Assembly: GCF_009914755.1 (NCBI RefSeq)
Contig: NC_060936.1
Length of the DNA stretch: 64,000 nucleotides
Reading direction: 5' to 3' (one strand)
Source of the DNA: the human T2T-CHM13v2.0 reference genome, Homo sapiens
Every line of letters starts with the position of its first letter. The first letter of the stretch is position 1. Below are positions 38,871 to 56,921 of the stretch, one piece after another. Under the pieces are notes generated by a model that saw only the letters and a program-made list of their open reading frames with translations, searched no databases and was not told the origin of the DNA. Made by a program: the position numbers and the translations under genes.

Positions 38871-40402
38871 TTAAATTTAATAGTTTTATGCAGTTTTTTT
38901 GGCTCTAGATCTGTTTAGACTCCTGCAGTCAGGTGTCTGTAACTAGCCTCTGGTCCTTTTTGAGAGTTCACAGTTTGGTGCAAACCCTTTGGATGTATTA
39001 TTTGGGAAAATGGGATATCTGGCAGCCTGTGTCCCTGCTTTACATTATCCTTTTTGCTGCCTGCCCCAAGCCTCCTCATTAGCATCCCTGCCAAGGCCAG
39101 TGGAGAAGGATGGAGATGCGGTGACATTCAGCTTGACAGGTCATTAGCAGCTTTTGTGCCCTAGGGACTGCTGGTGGGAGGGAGGTTGTGGAAGATAAAC
39201 CCTGACAGGAATGTATTCTCCTCGAGGGCAGGGTTTATTTGATATTTTTCTGGAGCTTAGAACCATAAGCCTGGTGCTGGGGAGGAAGCGCCCTTAGCAT
39301 TTGGTAGCCTCTGTGGGCAGAGCATGGAAAGTCACAACTTCTGAATTGTTTGTATTTTCAGTCTCACTCTAGATGGATGGCATCTTCTGCTATGGGAAAT
39401 GAAATATGTTTAGGCAACTTGAGTCCCAGGTGCAGATGAGGCTGGGCTAATTGGTGCACTAGGGAAGGAGCCGGGGGAGAGATGTGCTGTTAGCTATTAT
39501 CAATCTGTGACAACTGTCAGCTGCTGGCAGTTAGCACCCACCTGAGCCTGGGATGCAGGGGTGCCTCTCCTGTCCTCTGTGGAAGCCTCTGGACCCAGCA
39601 GCCATCTTGACTGTGCACTGTTCAAGCCCCAAGTCCGCCTGGAAGAGGTGATTGAGAACTTACTGCAGGATAAGGAAAGCGCAGGACAGGTGCAGTGGCT
39701 CACGCCTGTAATCTCAGTGCTTTGGGAGGCTGAGGCCGGAGGAGGGCTGGAGTCCTTGAGTGCGAGACCAGCCTGGGCAACATAGTGAGACCCTGTCTTT
39801 ACAAAAAGGAAAAGAATTAGCCAGATGTGGTGGTGCGTGCCTGTAGTCCCAGCCACTCAAGAGGCTGAGGTGCGAGGATCACTTGAGCCCAGGAGTTTGA
39901 GGTTACAGTGAGCTATGATCATACCACTGCATTCCAGCCTGGGTGAGAGAGCATGACTCTGTCCCAACAACAAAAAAAAAGATTAAGGGAAGCCTCTGGC
40001 AGACCTGATGATGGGTGGCCCAGCCAAAATGAGTATTGATGAGGATTTCCCTGGTCTGGAACTCTGAATTTAGTCTGGCAAAGTATTCCCTTTGTGTTGT
40101 GAGATGATTCTTGGTGTTACCCCATCACGGTAGGTAAGATGAATTAGCAAATGAGAAAGGCTTTCTCTTTTTCATCCTTATCTAGTCCGTAGATGAAGCC
40201 TGAAGAAGGTCTCCATATGGTAGTAGTAAGTGTTTAACATCTACCTCTAACACTTGCCTGTGTCTTTTTTTTTTTGCAAAGCCTCAGGAATGCCCCAGTA
40301 TCTAGGTAGAATTTGATAATATTTCATTTTTGTTATATTCCCTTTTCTGTTTACCTTCTATATACAGCAAAATGAAAAAATTTTTAAAATTTGTGCAAGT
40401 AA

Positions 40403-40771
<369 letters not shown>

Positions 40772-40824
40772 TAAAGAAACAAATGACATAAGAGGTGGTA
40801 TGCAGAGATGCCAAAGCATCTTGA

Positions 40825-41079
<255 letters not shown>

Positions 41080-41081
41080 TA

Positions 41082-41172
41082 AGTCTGGGGTAGGACCTGG
41101 GGCTGGGATTCTAACCAGCTCCCAGGTGGTGCTAATGCTGCTGGTCTACAGACCACACGTGGAGTAGCCAGT
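41082..41172. mobile_element. MER5A-like fragment
   Basis: ttctaaccagctcccaggtggtgctaatgctgctggtct...ccacac. Confidence 0.6.
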
Positions 41173-42352
41173 GTAGAGTTCATGTAGCAATAGTGATGTC
41201 ATAGAAATAGCCAGTATCTGTATACTTGCTTTGTTGTATGTCACGCACTGTATAGTGATGTACATGCATCTCATTTGACCCTCACCCCGCCCCTTTGGGG
41301 GTAGAAAGGATTGTGCTCATTTCACACTCAAGGAAACTGAGGCACAGACAGGCAAAGTAGCTTGGCGAAACAGAAAGGAACTTAGAGGCAGGCCCTGATT
41401 AGCTCAGAGACTAGAAGGCCTTGTGCGTCATCCTGAACAGCTTGGACTTGATCTTGAAGGTGGAGGGAGAAATTGAAGGGTAATTAAACAGGAACTGTAG
41501 GAAATTCACCTTGCATAGTGATTGCTTTGGCCACGTGTGCCCTGCCACCGCCCCCCCACCTCAGTGAAGTGTCATGCGAAGTTGGGTTCGTAAATGAAGG
41601 CCCGAATGCTTTCCTGACAAGTTTGTTTTAAATCAAGCTGCTAATTAGTCCCAGTCCCCCTCCCCCGGTATGTATTTTTTTGTTGATGTCGTTTCACTTC
41701 ATTTAGTTGAAGTGATTGATTCAGTTCAGTGTTTGAACTTCTTTTTGAACCTCACCTTAATAACCTGTCTAAACATCAAGGTTAAACCTTCTTGCTAACA
41801 CAGCAGTATTGCTTGGTAAGACTGGCTCACAGTCCAAGGAAATGCTTGCCCAGAGAGGGCAAACTGCCTTAACTCCTTAACCTGAGCTCATTAAAAAAAA
41901 TTCAAATGACTGATTCCTTGTCACAGTTCTACCTACATTGTTTTTATTTTTGTCCAGGTTTCAGCTAGTTAAATGCTTTTGTGATGAGCTTATGTCCAGG
42001 CTGAAGGTTGCATTTTGAAACTGAGCGTCAAATACCAATTTAAAGTCCAGACCTTTACACTTGTGAAATTCAGATAAATGAAATGGAAATAAAACAGGGC
42101 TGCTGTGTTGTGAAATATGACTGTGTTTTTCCTTGTAGGACTCTTTGAGGGTAGCCATTTTGGCATTTTATATATAAATTTTCTTTTCTTAGCCTACCTT
42201 TTACTTTCTTGATTTGCCTATTTGTGATTTCCCATTAAACACTAGGCTTTTTGTAAACCAATTATCCCTTGAAATTGACTTTTTTTTTTTTTGAGACAGG
42301 ATCTTGTTTTGCCACACAGGCTGGAGTGCCGTGGCTCCATCATATGATAAAC

Positions 42353-42356
<4 letters not shown>

Positions 42357-42392
<36 letters not shown>
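42357..42392. repeat. (AG)18 microsatellite at a junction of two opposite Alu ends
   Basis: Direct reading. Confidence 0.95.
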
Positions 42393-42395
<3 letters not shown>

Positions 42396-43812
42396 CTGTC
42401 TTATTTAAAACAAAAAAAGAAGAAGAAAAAAAGAATATAGATCACAGCTGTTATTTGTATATGCTACGCCAATCCTTGTTGGGTTTCATTCTTTATAATT
42501 GTTATTTTTAAAGATTTTTCTTATGAATATTCTATTGTTTCATTGTAGAAAATTTAAGGGAGAACACAGTGGGAAAAAAAAAACAAGAAAAGGACTTCAT
42601 AATCCTGCTACCCTGGGAGAAAAAAAAAATCACCATTACCTATTTGGTTCTTCTCCCACTTTTTTTTTTTTCGAGATGGAGTCTCCCTTTGTTACCCAGG
42701 CTGGAGGGCAGGGACGTGATCTTGGCTCTCTGCAACCTCTGCCTCCTGGGTTCAAGCGATTCTCGTGCCTCAGCCTCCCGAGTATCTGGGATTACAGGGG
42801 TGTGCCATCACACCTGGCTAATTTTTGTATTTTTAGTAGAGACGGGGTTTTGTCATGTTGGCCAGGCTGGTTTGTTGGCCATGTCTGGTTTTTTGTCATA
42901 TTGGCCAGTCTGTTTGTCATGTCAGGCTGACATGTTTTGTCATGTTGGCCAGGCTGGTCTTTAACTCCTGACTTCAGGTAATCCTGAAGTGCTAGGATTA
43001 TAGGCGTGAGCCATTGCACCTGGCCTTCTGCCTTTTTTTTAAAGAAAAAAAATTAAAACATTTTTTTCTTTTTAAGATAGCGTCTCATTTTGTTGCCCAG
43101 GCTGGTCTTGAACTCCTGGGCTCAAGTGATCCTCCAGCCTCAGCCTCTGGAGTAGCTGGGACTACAGATGCACATCATGGTGTCCTTATGCCATTTCTTT
43201 TGTACGTAGGTGAATGCAAGTGTATGATTACATCATATGCTATTTTGGAGGTTTGACTTTCTTTTCACTTTCATCATCTTTCCAAGGTGTTATTTTCCTA
43301 GTACATCTTTTTAAATGGACATAGAACATTCTTTTGTATGAACAAACAATAGTTTTATTTAGGCGGTCCTTTCCTGTTGGACATTTATATTATTTTCAGC
43401 ATTTCTCCACAGTTGTTGCAGCATTCAGATGAACCTTCTTTTTTTTTTTTTTTGAGACGGAGTCTCGCTCTTTCGCCCAGGCTGGAGTGCAGTGGCACAA
43501 TCTCTCCTCAAGTGATTCCTGTGTCACCCTCCCACGTAGCTGGGATTACAGGTGCCCATGTCTGGCTAATTTTTGTGTTTTTGGTAGAGCTGTGGTTTTA
43601 CCATGTTGGCCAGGCTGGTTTCGAACTCCTGCCCTGAAGTGATCTGCCCACCTCAGCCTCCCAAAGTGTGGGGATTACAGGTGTAAGCCATCACGCCTGA
43701 CCCAGATGAACATTCTTGTAGCTATCGCACACAATTCTGAACATTTCCTAGGATGAATTCCTTAAAGAAGTAATGCTGATCCAGGCTTTTTTCTTTTTCT
43801 GTGACTCTTTGA

Positions 43813-43965
<153 letters not shown>

Positions 43966-44466
43966 TAATAGTCACTCTTGGAGATTTTGATTCCTAGCAC
44001 CTCTGTACCTTTCCTCAGGGTCGTGTGCTCTTGTTAGCACATCGGAGGCCTTAGCTTCTTTAATTGCAAGCAGTTTCCAAAATAATCAACCATGGTGGGT
44101 GTTGATGACTTCATTCACTGAGCTCCCGTGATGCTGATTACTGAGTAAAGTTGCCACTAGGTGGCTTTGTCTGTGGTTGGTTCCTTCTGTTAATTAATTT
44201 TCTGTCTGCCCAAGATAGATCATCTCAAGGCTTGGGATCTCTCAGTGTCAGGGACCTTAGGGTGCCAGATTTGTGTCTTGACTCCTCCTCACTGGGCCTG
44301 TGAGTCCTGGGTAAGGCCTGCCTCCTTTCTGGGACTCAGTTCCCTTAAGTGGGAAACAGACAAACACCTCCTGAGGGCTCCTAGAACTGTTCTGCTTGCT
44401 GATCCCCTGAGCTCAAGTTACTGGAGAAAGGGTATATACCTAAACTGCTCAGAAGAAGACTTTGTG

Positions 44467-45832
<1,366 letters not shown>

Positions 45833-48530
45833 ATATCTTCTGTAACACCCAAATGCCACCAGGCAAAGCCCAAGTTGAACCAGGAGGGAAAAAGGCCTGG
45901 CAGGATGTAGGCCTTGCATGAGGATCTCAGAAACTGCACTAAACCAGTCACAGTTCCTCTCTCCCGAGGTCTAACTCTATGCTGAACTCTTTGCATTTTT
46001 ATCTCACTTAATCCATATCACATGCACAGGAAGGAAGCATTCGTAGTATCCTGGTTTCCTAGACCATTTTAGCAAGGTTATAAGTGAAGGGGAGTGGGTG
46101 GGAGAACTGGCACTAGAGCCCCCAAAGTCACTGTTCTTAGCACCACTCTAATGCATGGGGTTCTCCATTGATGTGCTATGCAAGGCAGTGCACTGAGGAG
46201 AAAGGAAGGAACATTTACAACTTCTCTTTATTTATATCCTGTCCCTAAAAAAAAAAGAAAAAGAAAAATTTGTCTGAGGCCTAGATTGATTGCAGGGAGT
46301 GCATAATGTTTTATTGATTGATTGATTGATTGTATATAGAGATGGGGGGTCTCACTATATTGCCCAGGCTGATCTCGAACTCCTAGGCTCAAGCAATCCT
46401 CCTGCTTTGGCTTCCCAAAGTGCTGGGATTACAGGCATGAGCGACTGCACCTGGCTATGCATACTATATTTATCCAACTTACAAATAAGGCTTGCTTGCC
46501 TGTAGTGCATATGTGTATACATTTCAGCATAGAAAAACTGTGTGATTGGGGGTTGTGATCAAATTTGGAGAGCATTGCTCTCATGTCTTATCAGGTCAGA
46601 GTCATTTTGTCAAATCTTGTAAACCATTCTTTGTGTGTGTCTATGCATGAAACATAGTCTTTCTCTTTCTGCATGCATATGTACATATACATGGTATATA
46701 TGTATATCATATCTACATGGATATTGTAATGTATATGTATGAGGATGGGGGAAAGTGGAGACATTTGTAATACTGAGAAAAGGCAGTGAGGAATTTGCAG
46801 AGAAGCAGTTTGAGCTGTAGCATGGTACTAGTGACCTTGAGGAAGCCTTATCCTTTTTTTTTGGAATTTATTTTTTCAATTTTTAGAAATAGACAAGAGT
46901 TTCTCTATGTTGCCCAGGCTGGTCTTGACCTCCTGGGCCCAAACTATCCTCCTGCCTTGGCTTCCCAAAGTGCCAGGATTACAGGTGTGGACCACCATGC
47001 CTGGCCACCTTGTCCTTTCTATGTCTAAGTTGTGACATCTGCTCAGGGGTCAGGTGGTATTAAATGGTATAAAATGTATGGGAAAGTGAAGGGATCAATG
47101 GTATGCAGTATCTAAATAGAATATCGCTTTTTCCTCCCTTAAAGGTCTCATTCAGATGTTTCCTCTGATGAACATCTCATTTCCTTAAAGATGAGGAGTC
47201 TGAAGCAAAAAAGACATTATTCTTTTAAGACACATGGCTGTCTTACTAATTCCCATTGCAAAATATGTTGTTTAGGTAGAGCACTCAGATTTTTATACGA
47301 ATAATAGACTTTTGTACAGAATTTGGACAGTTGATACTATCAGAGCCTTGTGATATTCCACTGCATTATGCTTCACTAAAAAATACCTGGCTGGGTGCGG
47401 TGGCTCACAACTGTAATCCCAGCACTTTGGGAGGCTGAGGTGGGCAGATCACCTGAGGTCAGGAGTTCAAGATCAGCCTGGCTAACATGGCAAAACCCCA
47501 TCTCTACTAAAAATACAAAAATTAGCCAGATGTGGTGGCACGCTCCTGTAATCCCAGTTACTCAGGAGGCTGAGGTATGAGAATTGCTTGAGCCCAGGAG
47601 GCAGAGGTTGCAGAGAGCCGAGATAGTGCTATTGCACTCCAACCTGGGTGACAGAGGAAAACCCTGTCTCAAAAAATAAATTTAAAACAACAACAACAAC
47701 AACAACAAAAACCCCTCTTTATTATGGAAATTTTCAAATATATTCAAGAGCATAAAGAACCCACATGTACCCATCACCCAGCTTCAACAATTATCAACTC
47801 ATGCCCAGTCTTGGTTTCATCTATACTCTGATCCACATCTCCTCTCTCCTTGAATTATTTTGAAGCCCATCTCAGACATCATGTCATATATGTATACTTC
47901 AATCTTCTTTTTTTTTAAAACTCCCCCTCCCCTTTTCTTTTTTCTTGAGACTGTGTCTCACTCTGTCATCCAGGCTGGAGTGATCTTGGCTCACTGCAAT
48001 GTCCGCCTCTCGGGTTCAAGCGATTTTTGTACCTCAGCCTCCCTAGTAGCTAGGATTACAGATGTGGACCAACATGCCTGGCTAATTTTTGTATTTTTAA
48101 TAGAGACAGGGTTTTGTCATGTTGGCCAGGCTGGTCTTGACCTCCTGACCTCATATGATCCACCTGCCTTGGCCTCCCAAAGTGCTGAAATTATAGGCCA
48201 CTGCGCCCAGCCCAAAATTTCTTGGTTTGAAATAATTTTGGAACTCATAAGAAGTTACACATATAGTAGAGAGAATTTTCTTGTACCTTCTCTGAGCTTC
48301 CTATATACCCAATGATAACATCCTATATACCCATAGTATATGATCAAAACTAGGAAATTGTGAAGATGGCATTTTGAGACATCAGGCAGTGTTCACGTTA
48401 CTGTTTTGCTTACCTGGGCTTTAATTTTTATGTGTTTTTTTTTCAATCATTGAATGAACAAAACTTGGACTAGGCTGGGGAGTAACTGATTTGAACTGTT
48501 TTTTCCTGAAGCAGTCCAGGACTTATGTGA

Positions 48531-48659
<129 letters not shown>

Positions 48660-48758
48660 TGACCATACATTTCTAGCCTATTTTTGTATTTTAAATCCTT
48701 CCTCATGTCCTGAAAGTAACTTTAAGGTGTTTGAAGGATTTTCTTCCTAAATTTCTAG

Positions 48759-48986
<228 letters not shown>

Positions 48987-51900
48987 TAGGAATTGAATAA
49001 ATGAATTAAGCTTACTGTAACTGATTCTCTGGAAAAAAGGGACTAGGAGAAATTTGATTATGTTATTCCTTGGTGTAGTTTTCTTTATGTTTCTTCTGCT
49101 TGGGATTTGTTGAGCTTCTTGGCTCCATGGATTTGTAGTTTTCCTTAAATTTGGATAATGTTCAGTCTTAGTTTCTTCAGATACATATCCTGGGCTGGGC
49201 ATGGTGGCTCATGCCTGTAGTCCCAGCACTGTGGGGTGTTGAGGTGGGCGGATCACTTGAGGTCAGGAGTTTGAGACCAGCCTGGGCAATGTAGTAAGAC
49301 CCCATCTCTTAAAAAAAAAAAATGTACCCTGCACAACCTTGTCCTAGGACAGCAGTCATACGTGTATTAGACTACTTGAAGTTGTCTCATAGCCCACTGA
49401 TACTTGGTTTATTTTATTCAGTTTTTTCTCCCCGTGTTTCATTTCGAATAGCTTCTTTTGCTATGTCTCCAAGTTAATCTTCTGCAATATGTCATCCGCT
49501 CTTAATCCTATCCAGAGTATTTTTCATCACAGACATTGTATTTTTCATCTCTAGAAGTGTTAATGTCATCTATAGCTTTCCTTTTAACATGTGTAGCATT
49601 TTCCTTACCTTTTGAATGTATGGAGTATTTCTGTTGTTGTTTTTTGTTTTGTAGAGACAGGGTCTCGGTCTGTTGCCCAGGCCGGAGTGCAGTGGCATGA
49701 TCTCAGCTCACTGCAGCCTCTGCCTCCCGGTTCAAATGATTCTCATGCCTCAGCCTCCCAAGTAGCTGGGACTACAGGTGCGTGCCACCACGCCTGGCTA
49801 ATTTTTGTATTTTTAGTAGAGATGGGGTTTTGCCATGTTGGCCAGGCTGGTTTTGGAACCCCTGAGCTTAGGTGATCCACCTTCCTTGACCTCCCAAAGT
49901 GTTGGGATTATAGGTGTGAGCCACCATGCCTGGCCATGTTGTCTGTTTTAATTAACTCTGCCTAACTGTCCTCCCAAATGGTTGCTGCAGTGCTCACTCC
50001 CACCAGCAGCACCTGCCTAGGACTCATTACTCCATACTCTTCAAGACACTTCAGATTAAAAAAATAAATTGTAACACCCCACACCTACAGAAGAGCGGAC
50101 AGATCTTATTGAGTGACAGCCCTCTGTGTTATCTCAAAGTGAGCCCACCATGGTGGTTTTTTTTTTAAATATGGAAAAGTTCTGTGTTTTTGTTTGTGTT
50201 CTAGTGAAAGTTCTTTTTTAGATATCCTTTAATTGGTTTATATAAGATTTTATGTGGAATGTAGCAGTCATACCTATAAATTAAACCTAAGGCAGATGGA
50301 GAACTTTGGAGTTGAGCCTTCCTACTGTAATTTTCATATTGGATGTGAAGGGCAGTGTGATTTTCATAAGACTTTCATTGTTGTACTCCTAGTTGGTATA
50401 CTTCTGAATACCTTTGAGGCCAGTTCTGGTCATCGTGAAACAAAGGTTTCCTTCAGCAAATGCCTGTGGTAACATTAGGTGTTCTTGAATTAATGGACCA
50501 ATGAAAACATCTTTGTAGTTTCTGCTTCAGGCAAGGGTTTTTTGCCCTAAATGTGGATAGGAAGAATGAAGCCCTTCATCCTCCTTTTTGCCTGATTATA
50601 GCTATAGGAGGTTCACCTGTTCTCAGAAGACATGAGGATTGTGAAGAGAGGGGTCTTGTGTTGCTTCAGAGGAATCAGTATCAGTCCCTTTCAGAAGCTC
50701 TCCTGGATAGACAGGCATTAGGGCCAAATCACTCTGCCCCACCCCTCACCACCATGTCCTACTCTCTGCTCCCTGTCTCATTCTTCCTCTTTACTTTGGT
50801 GGTGCCGAGAGGATGACATGATGGGTATTGATTCTCTCCACAGACCTTTCTGACATCCTACTTTCAGTATCCCCCCAGTGCACAGAAGACAAGCCAGACT
50901 GTGGACTGTGTTTGATTCCTGGGCTCTATTTTAAAAGACAGTGTATTAGTTCTCACATTTTAGAATTTGTTTGCCAAGGTTTCCACGGGAGTTTAGAAAC
51001 TAGGGGGAGGGCTGATGTTTAAAGTTAGCTAAAATGTTCTTTTCAGGGTCATGATTTAATTTTATATTCTCTGGTGAGTTCCCTATAGTGACTGGGAGCA
51101 GTCCTCAGTCTTGATTGGCCAGTGACAGCATAGAGTACAATTAATATTAGGAGTGCTCATTTGGGGAAACTAAAATTTGCATCAAATCTGTCAGAGGTGT
51201 TTGGATCTACAAAATACCGGAGGGAAAGCTGAATTGAGAATCATAATAAATAAAAGACCACATCGTTCTTTTTTTTTTTTTTTTTTGGGACTGTATCTTG
51301 CTCTGTCACTCAGGCTGCAGTGCAGTGGCACTATCTTGGATCACTGCAGGCTCCGCCTCCCGGATTCAAGCGATTTTCCTGCCTCAGTGCCTGAGTAGCT
51401 GGGATTACAGGCGTGTGCCACTACACCTGGCTAATTTTTGTAATTTTAGTAGAGACAGGTTTCACCATGTTGGCCAGGCTGGTCTCAAACTCCTGGCCTC
51501 AAGTGATCCACCCGGCTTCCCAAAGTGCTGGGATTACAGGCGTGAGCCACTGCGCCCAACCAAGACCACATCCTTTTATTGAACGTTCCTCCTACCATGT
51601 TTTCTTTTTTCTTTCAATTAATCATTGACTCATTGACTCTCACTGTTGATGTCTGTAGCTGCTCTCTTATTTCCAGTTTTATAGCTGTAAATTTCTCTGT
51701 CTTCCTAAGATACAAGGTAAATTTCTCTTGCTGATATTGGTGGTTTTGGAAAGTGAGTGGTGTGGATGACTGCCCAGAAAACAACAGAACACAAAAGCAT
51801 TCTCTGCCCAGAACACATCACCAAATAGATACAAACTCATCTCTTACTGAGTGAAATAGCTTCCTTTTTGGCAGCAAGAATGATTTTCTTGGTGCCATAT

Positions 51901-52395
51901 TTTTCAATCCGCCTGCTCTTGAAGCCAGCAGCTATTGCAGACTTGGCATTCCCAGGCACCCAGTTAAGGGAAAGTGACGTGTAGAGGAGGTATCAGATGG
52001 GTCTGGATATAGAAAAAGCAGCTGGTTCAAAACCCCATGGGCTGCCTTTCTGTGATAGAGTTATTCACACTTGGGTTAGATAAGGCACAGAGTCCTCCTA
52101 CACTGGTGCGGAAATGAAACAGACAGTCTGGCTCGTTGGGCAGCCTAGCCTCCTCCAGAATCTGTGCTTGCCTTCCCTATGGAGTGACTGGTAGATCTTA
52201 GAATTCAGACCTCAGTGGTTGCTAGCCAGCACTCTCACATTGGTTGGTCCTTCTCTCTGCATCTTTGATTCTTTAGAGATAGATAAACCAAGCACCGACT
52301 CTCCTTTGACATGTGCTTGGAACAGACACCTGCACGAGCTGCCTTTCTCCTCCCACTTCTGCCTGGTCTTCCAAACACCTGCTTTTCTTGTTTGA

Positions 52396-52674
<279 letters not shown>

Positions 52675-52921
52675 TGAGCCACTGCGCCCCAGCTGATTCT
52701 TTACAGATAAACAAACATTGACTCTGCTTTGACATGTGCTTGGATCAGGTAACTGCACCAGCTGCCTTTCTCCTCCCACTTCTGCCTGGTCCTCCGAATG
52801 CCTGCTTTTCTTATTTGAACTCTTCTGTCCTTTTCTGAAAACCTAACAGATGCGAAACAGGCCATTTTCCATGTTGGTGGTTATTAAGCAAGACTTGAAC
52901 ATTTGTTTGTTGCTTGTTTAG

Positions 52922-53146
<225 letters not shown>

Positions 53147-53199
53147 TGATGGTGTGTAGGAATTCAGGGTCTTGCCGTTACTCATGTTTGCATACATGC

Positions 53200-55640
53200 A
53201 TGCATTCGCTCACTCATTGATTCAGTAGCCATTTATTAGCTTCCTTCTATGTGCCAGGTACAGTTTAAGCAGTACTGGTACATTGTGAACAAGGCAGGTA
53301 GTGTTCCTGCCCTCATCGAGCCTAGGGAGATAGACAATTTAAAAACAAATAACTGGCCAGGCGCCGTGGCTCAGGCCTGTAATCCCAGCACTTTGGGAGG
53401 CTGAGGTGGGTGGATCGCTTGAGCCGGGGAGTTCGAGACCAGCCCTGGGTGGGAGACTGGGATAGGGTGACCTGAGTGGCTACAAGGTCTGTTAGGAGGC
53501 CTCCGCAGGGGCCTATGTTGATGGCCTCCTCTCCAAGTATCCACAGACTTCAGCAGTTGTTCTTTTTTGTTCCTTCCTTTGGAATGGAATATTATATAAA
53601 ATGGCAGAATAAACTGGAAGAGAAGCAGTAGATGTGAGAGGTGCCGGGGGGTGAAGTCTGCAGGATGTGGGGATTGTTTGGCTTTTGGAGGAGGAAGGAG
53701 GGATTCAAGACACATTGTAGAGGTTTGAGTCTGAGCGGACAGTGGTGCTGTGGCAGACACCACAAAAGCTGGAAGGAGAACTGATGTGGGCAGTGATTTG
53801 TTTTCTTCTGGATGTGTTCAGCTGGGCATCTGAACAGTCATGTGGACATTCATCTATTCATTCAGAGATATTTGTTCAATGACCTCTTGGTTCCTGGCAC
53901 CATGCTGCTTGCTGGAGATAGAGCTGGGGAACAAAACAGATGGAATCCCTGCACTCCCAAGTGTACACTATACTGGCCAGTAATCTACCAGCCCAGTAAT
54001 TGCACATATAAATATATCATTATAAACTGTAATCAGGGCTAGAAAGAAAAAATGCAGGAGTTTAGGGTTCATTTGGAGGGGGAAGGGACTTTTTTTTTTT
54101 TTTTTTTGAAACAGAATCTTGTTCTGTCACCCAGACTGGAGTGCACTGGTGCATTCACGGCTCACTGCAGCCACAACCTCCTAAGCTCAAGTGATCCTCT
54201 CACCTCAGCCTCCCATGTAGCTGGGGGCTACAGGTGTGTGCCACCATGCCCACCCAATTGTTAAATTTTTTATAGAGACGGTTGTCTCATTATGTTGCCC
54301 AGGCTGGTCTTGAACTCCTGGGCTTAAGCGATCCTGCTGCCACATGCAGCCTCCCAAGGTGCTGGAATTACAGGCGTGAGCCAGCGCACCCGGCCAAGGG
54401 AGGGGAGGTTCTTAAGGCATAGGGAACAATGTGTTTGAGTCAGCAAAGGAGGTTGTGGGGGTTTGTCCTAAGTGTGGTAAGCAGCCAGAGTTGGATTTAA
54501 GTTTTTAAGAGATTCCCCTCCACCCTGTAGAGACTGGAGGGGGCAGGAGTTGTTCTAGGGATTAGGACCAATTTGGAGGTAGTGCAGCCGTCAGAGTAAA
54601 AAATAATAGGGATTGAACTAGGCCAGTGCCCAGGGTGCCTGAAAGAAGAGGACCCAGTAGAGCTGACTGGAGGCAGACATGCAGGGATTCAGTGAAGGAG
54701 TGTACCAAGGGCGAGGGTGGTGTGCAGGGTGACTGGCAATTTTCTAGCTTGAGAAAGGTCCGGGGGGATGGCAGTGGAGTTGAGGAAGCTGGGAGGATCA
54801 AGGACCTTTTTGTGAACACACAAAGTTTGAGATGCCTTGGACACATTGAAGTGGAGCGGTCAGGGAGGCAAGGGTGGAGGTGGGATGCGGAGGGGAGGTG
54901 GGATGCAGAGCGTCGTGGATGGATCAGTTTTGCTCGATAGAGGGACATGTTTTTCTGTGGCAACAGGAGGGCAAAAGGAGAAGGTGGCCACAGATGCCGG
55001 TAGATGAGCTGAGAGTGATTGTATTCCCTATCCTCTCGGAAGCTTGAGGCAAGGCCATCAACAGACAATCAGAGGGAATAAGAAGAGATAGAATATATGA
55101 AGAAAGGGAGAAAAGATGAAATCGTAATTGTGTAGCAGGGCAAGAAGTCCAGAAATTTCTGTGCTGTGCCAAGTTCCCAGTTGAGGCGGTGAACATGAAA
55201 ATATACTGATACCCATTGCCTGGTTTTTCTCCAAGGACACTTGGCTCCTAGGGCACAAAACAGAAAGTACGTGGTTTGTCCAGGCCGAGGGCTTTGCATA
55301 GTTGCAGTGGATGGAGAGGAGGTCAAGGAATGGAGGCACATGGTAGAGAGAGACTGTCCCCAGAGCACGGGGACTCCTGGCCGGATGAGGGGGACAGGGG
55401 CAGGAGGAGGCAGGTGGAAAGTAGAGGGAGGGCTCAGTGGTCTGGAGGCTACAGGAAGTGACGGGGGGACCAGAAGGAGCTGGAAACCAGTGTGGTTGTG
55501 GCCCAGGGTGGGATGTTTGGATTTCTGATGTCAGAGAGGGTCCAGTCCTTCTGATGATGGGGAGGGGTGGAGGCTGAATCTATGGTAGAGATAGTGAGAG
55601 GAACTGGAACAATGTAGCTGTCAAGTGGAAATGGGAGAAA
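53200..55640. mobile_element. Degenerate L2-like tract with inserted Alus
   Basis: cattcgctcactcattgattcag...tgtgccagg; attcattcagagatatt...cctggcacc; purine-rich L2-type body. Confidence 0.55.
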
Positions 55641-56659
55641 GGGCTGGGCGTGGTGGCTCACGCCTGTAATCCCAGCATATTGGGAGGCTGAGGCAAGAGG
55701 ATCGTGTTAGCTCAGGAGTTCTGGGCTGCATTGAGCTGTGATTGTGCCACTGCACTCCAGCCTTGGCAACAGAGTGCCCAGTTAAAAATAAAAATAAAAT
55801 AAAATAAAAAAATTAAAAAAAAAAGAAGAAGAAAAAAGAGAAAAGTGTCCTTTTACATCCCTTTTAAAAATGTCACTTAAGGCTGGGCAAAGTGGCTCAT
55901 GCCTGTAATCCCTGCACTTTGGGAGGCTGAAGTGGGTGGATTACTTGAGGTCAGGAGTACAAGACCAGCCTGGCCAACATGGCGAAACTCCTTCTCTACT
56001 AAAATTAGCTGGATGTGGTACATGCCTGTAGTCCCAGCTACTCGGGAGTCGAGTCTGAGGCCCAAGAATTGCTTGAATCGGGGAGGCGTAGGTTGCAGTG
56101 AGCTGTGATCAGGTCACTGTGCACCAGCCTGGATGACAGAGTGAGACTCTGTCTCAAAAAAAAAAGTCACTTAGCTTAGATTGTCTCTACATATATAGGA
56201 AGAAGATGTAGGAATGAATGGTGCTGCTACAATTACGTCATCTGGATAGACCCAGAAACATGATACTTTTTGGTTTTCTGTAGCCTTGGTGCCATTGTTG
56301 ATCTTTATTAATTATCATTATCCTCAAAATAGCCATAATGTGCTGAGTCTCTTCCTATTTGCTGGGCAGAGGCTGAGTATTTCAGCGAGCTCACTGAGTC
56401 CTTAAAATTGCATTATGATAGAGAGAAAGAGATTATTATTTGCATTTTGCAAAATGAAGAAATTGAGGTTTAGAGATACCCAAGGGCCACGTGAGTGTGA
56501 GTGCCTGGAATTGGAGCCTAAATCTAGTCATCTGATAGCAAAGCCTGTTTTCTTATCTGCTTTGCATTAAATATAAGTTTAAAATAGAACAATACTGGCC
56601 AGGCTGGGTGGCTCACGCCTGTAATCCCAGCACTTTGGGAGGTCGAGGCAGGCAGATCA

Positions 56660-56921
<262 letters not shown>

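Noticed and set aside
54562-55528. Cluster of overlapping non-Alu ORFs and G-rich repeats
   Set aside because: Purine-rich degenerate L2-like sequence with no recognisable domain or splice structure; G-runs too irregular for a confident G-quadruplex call
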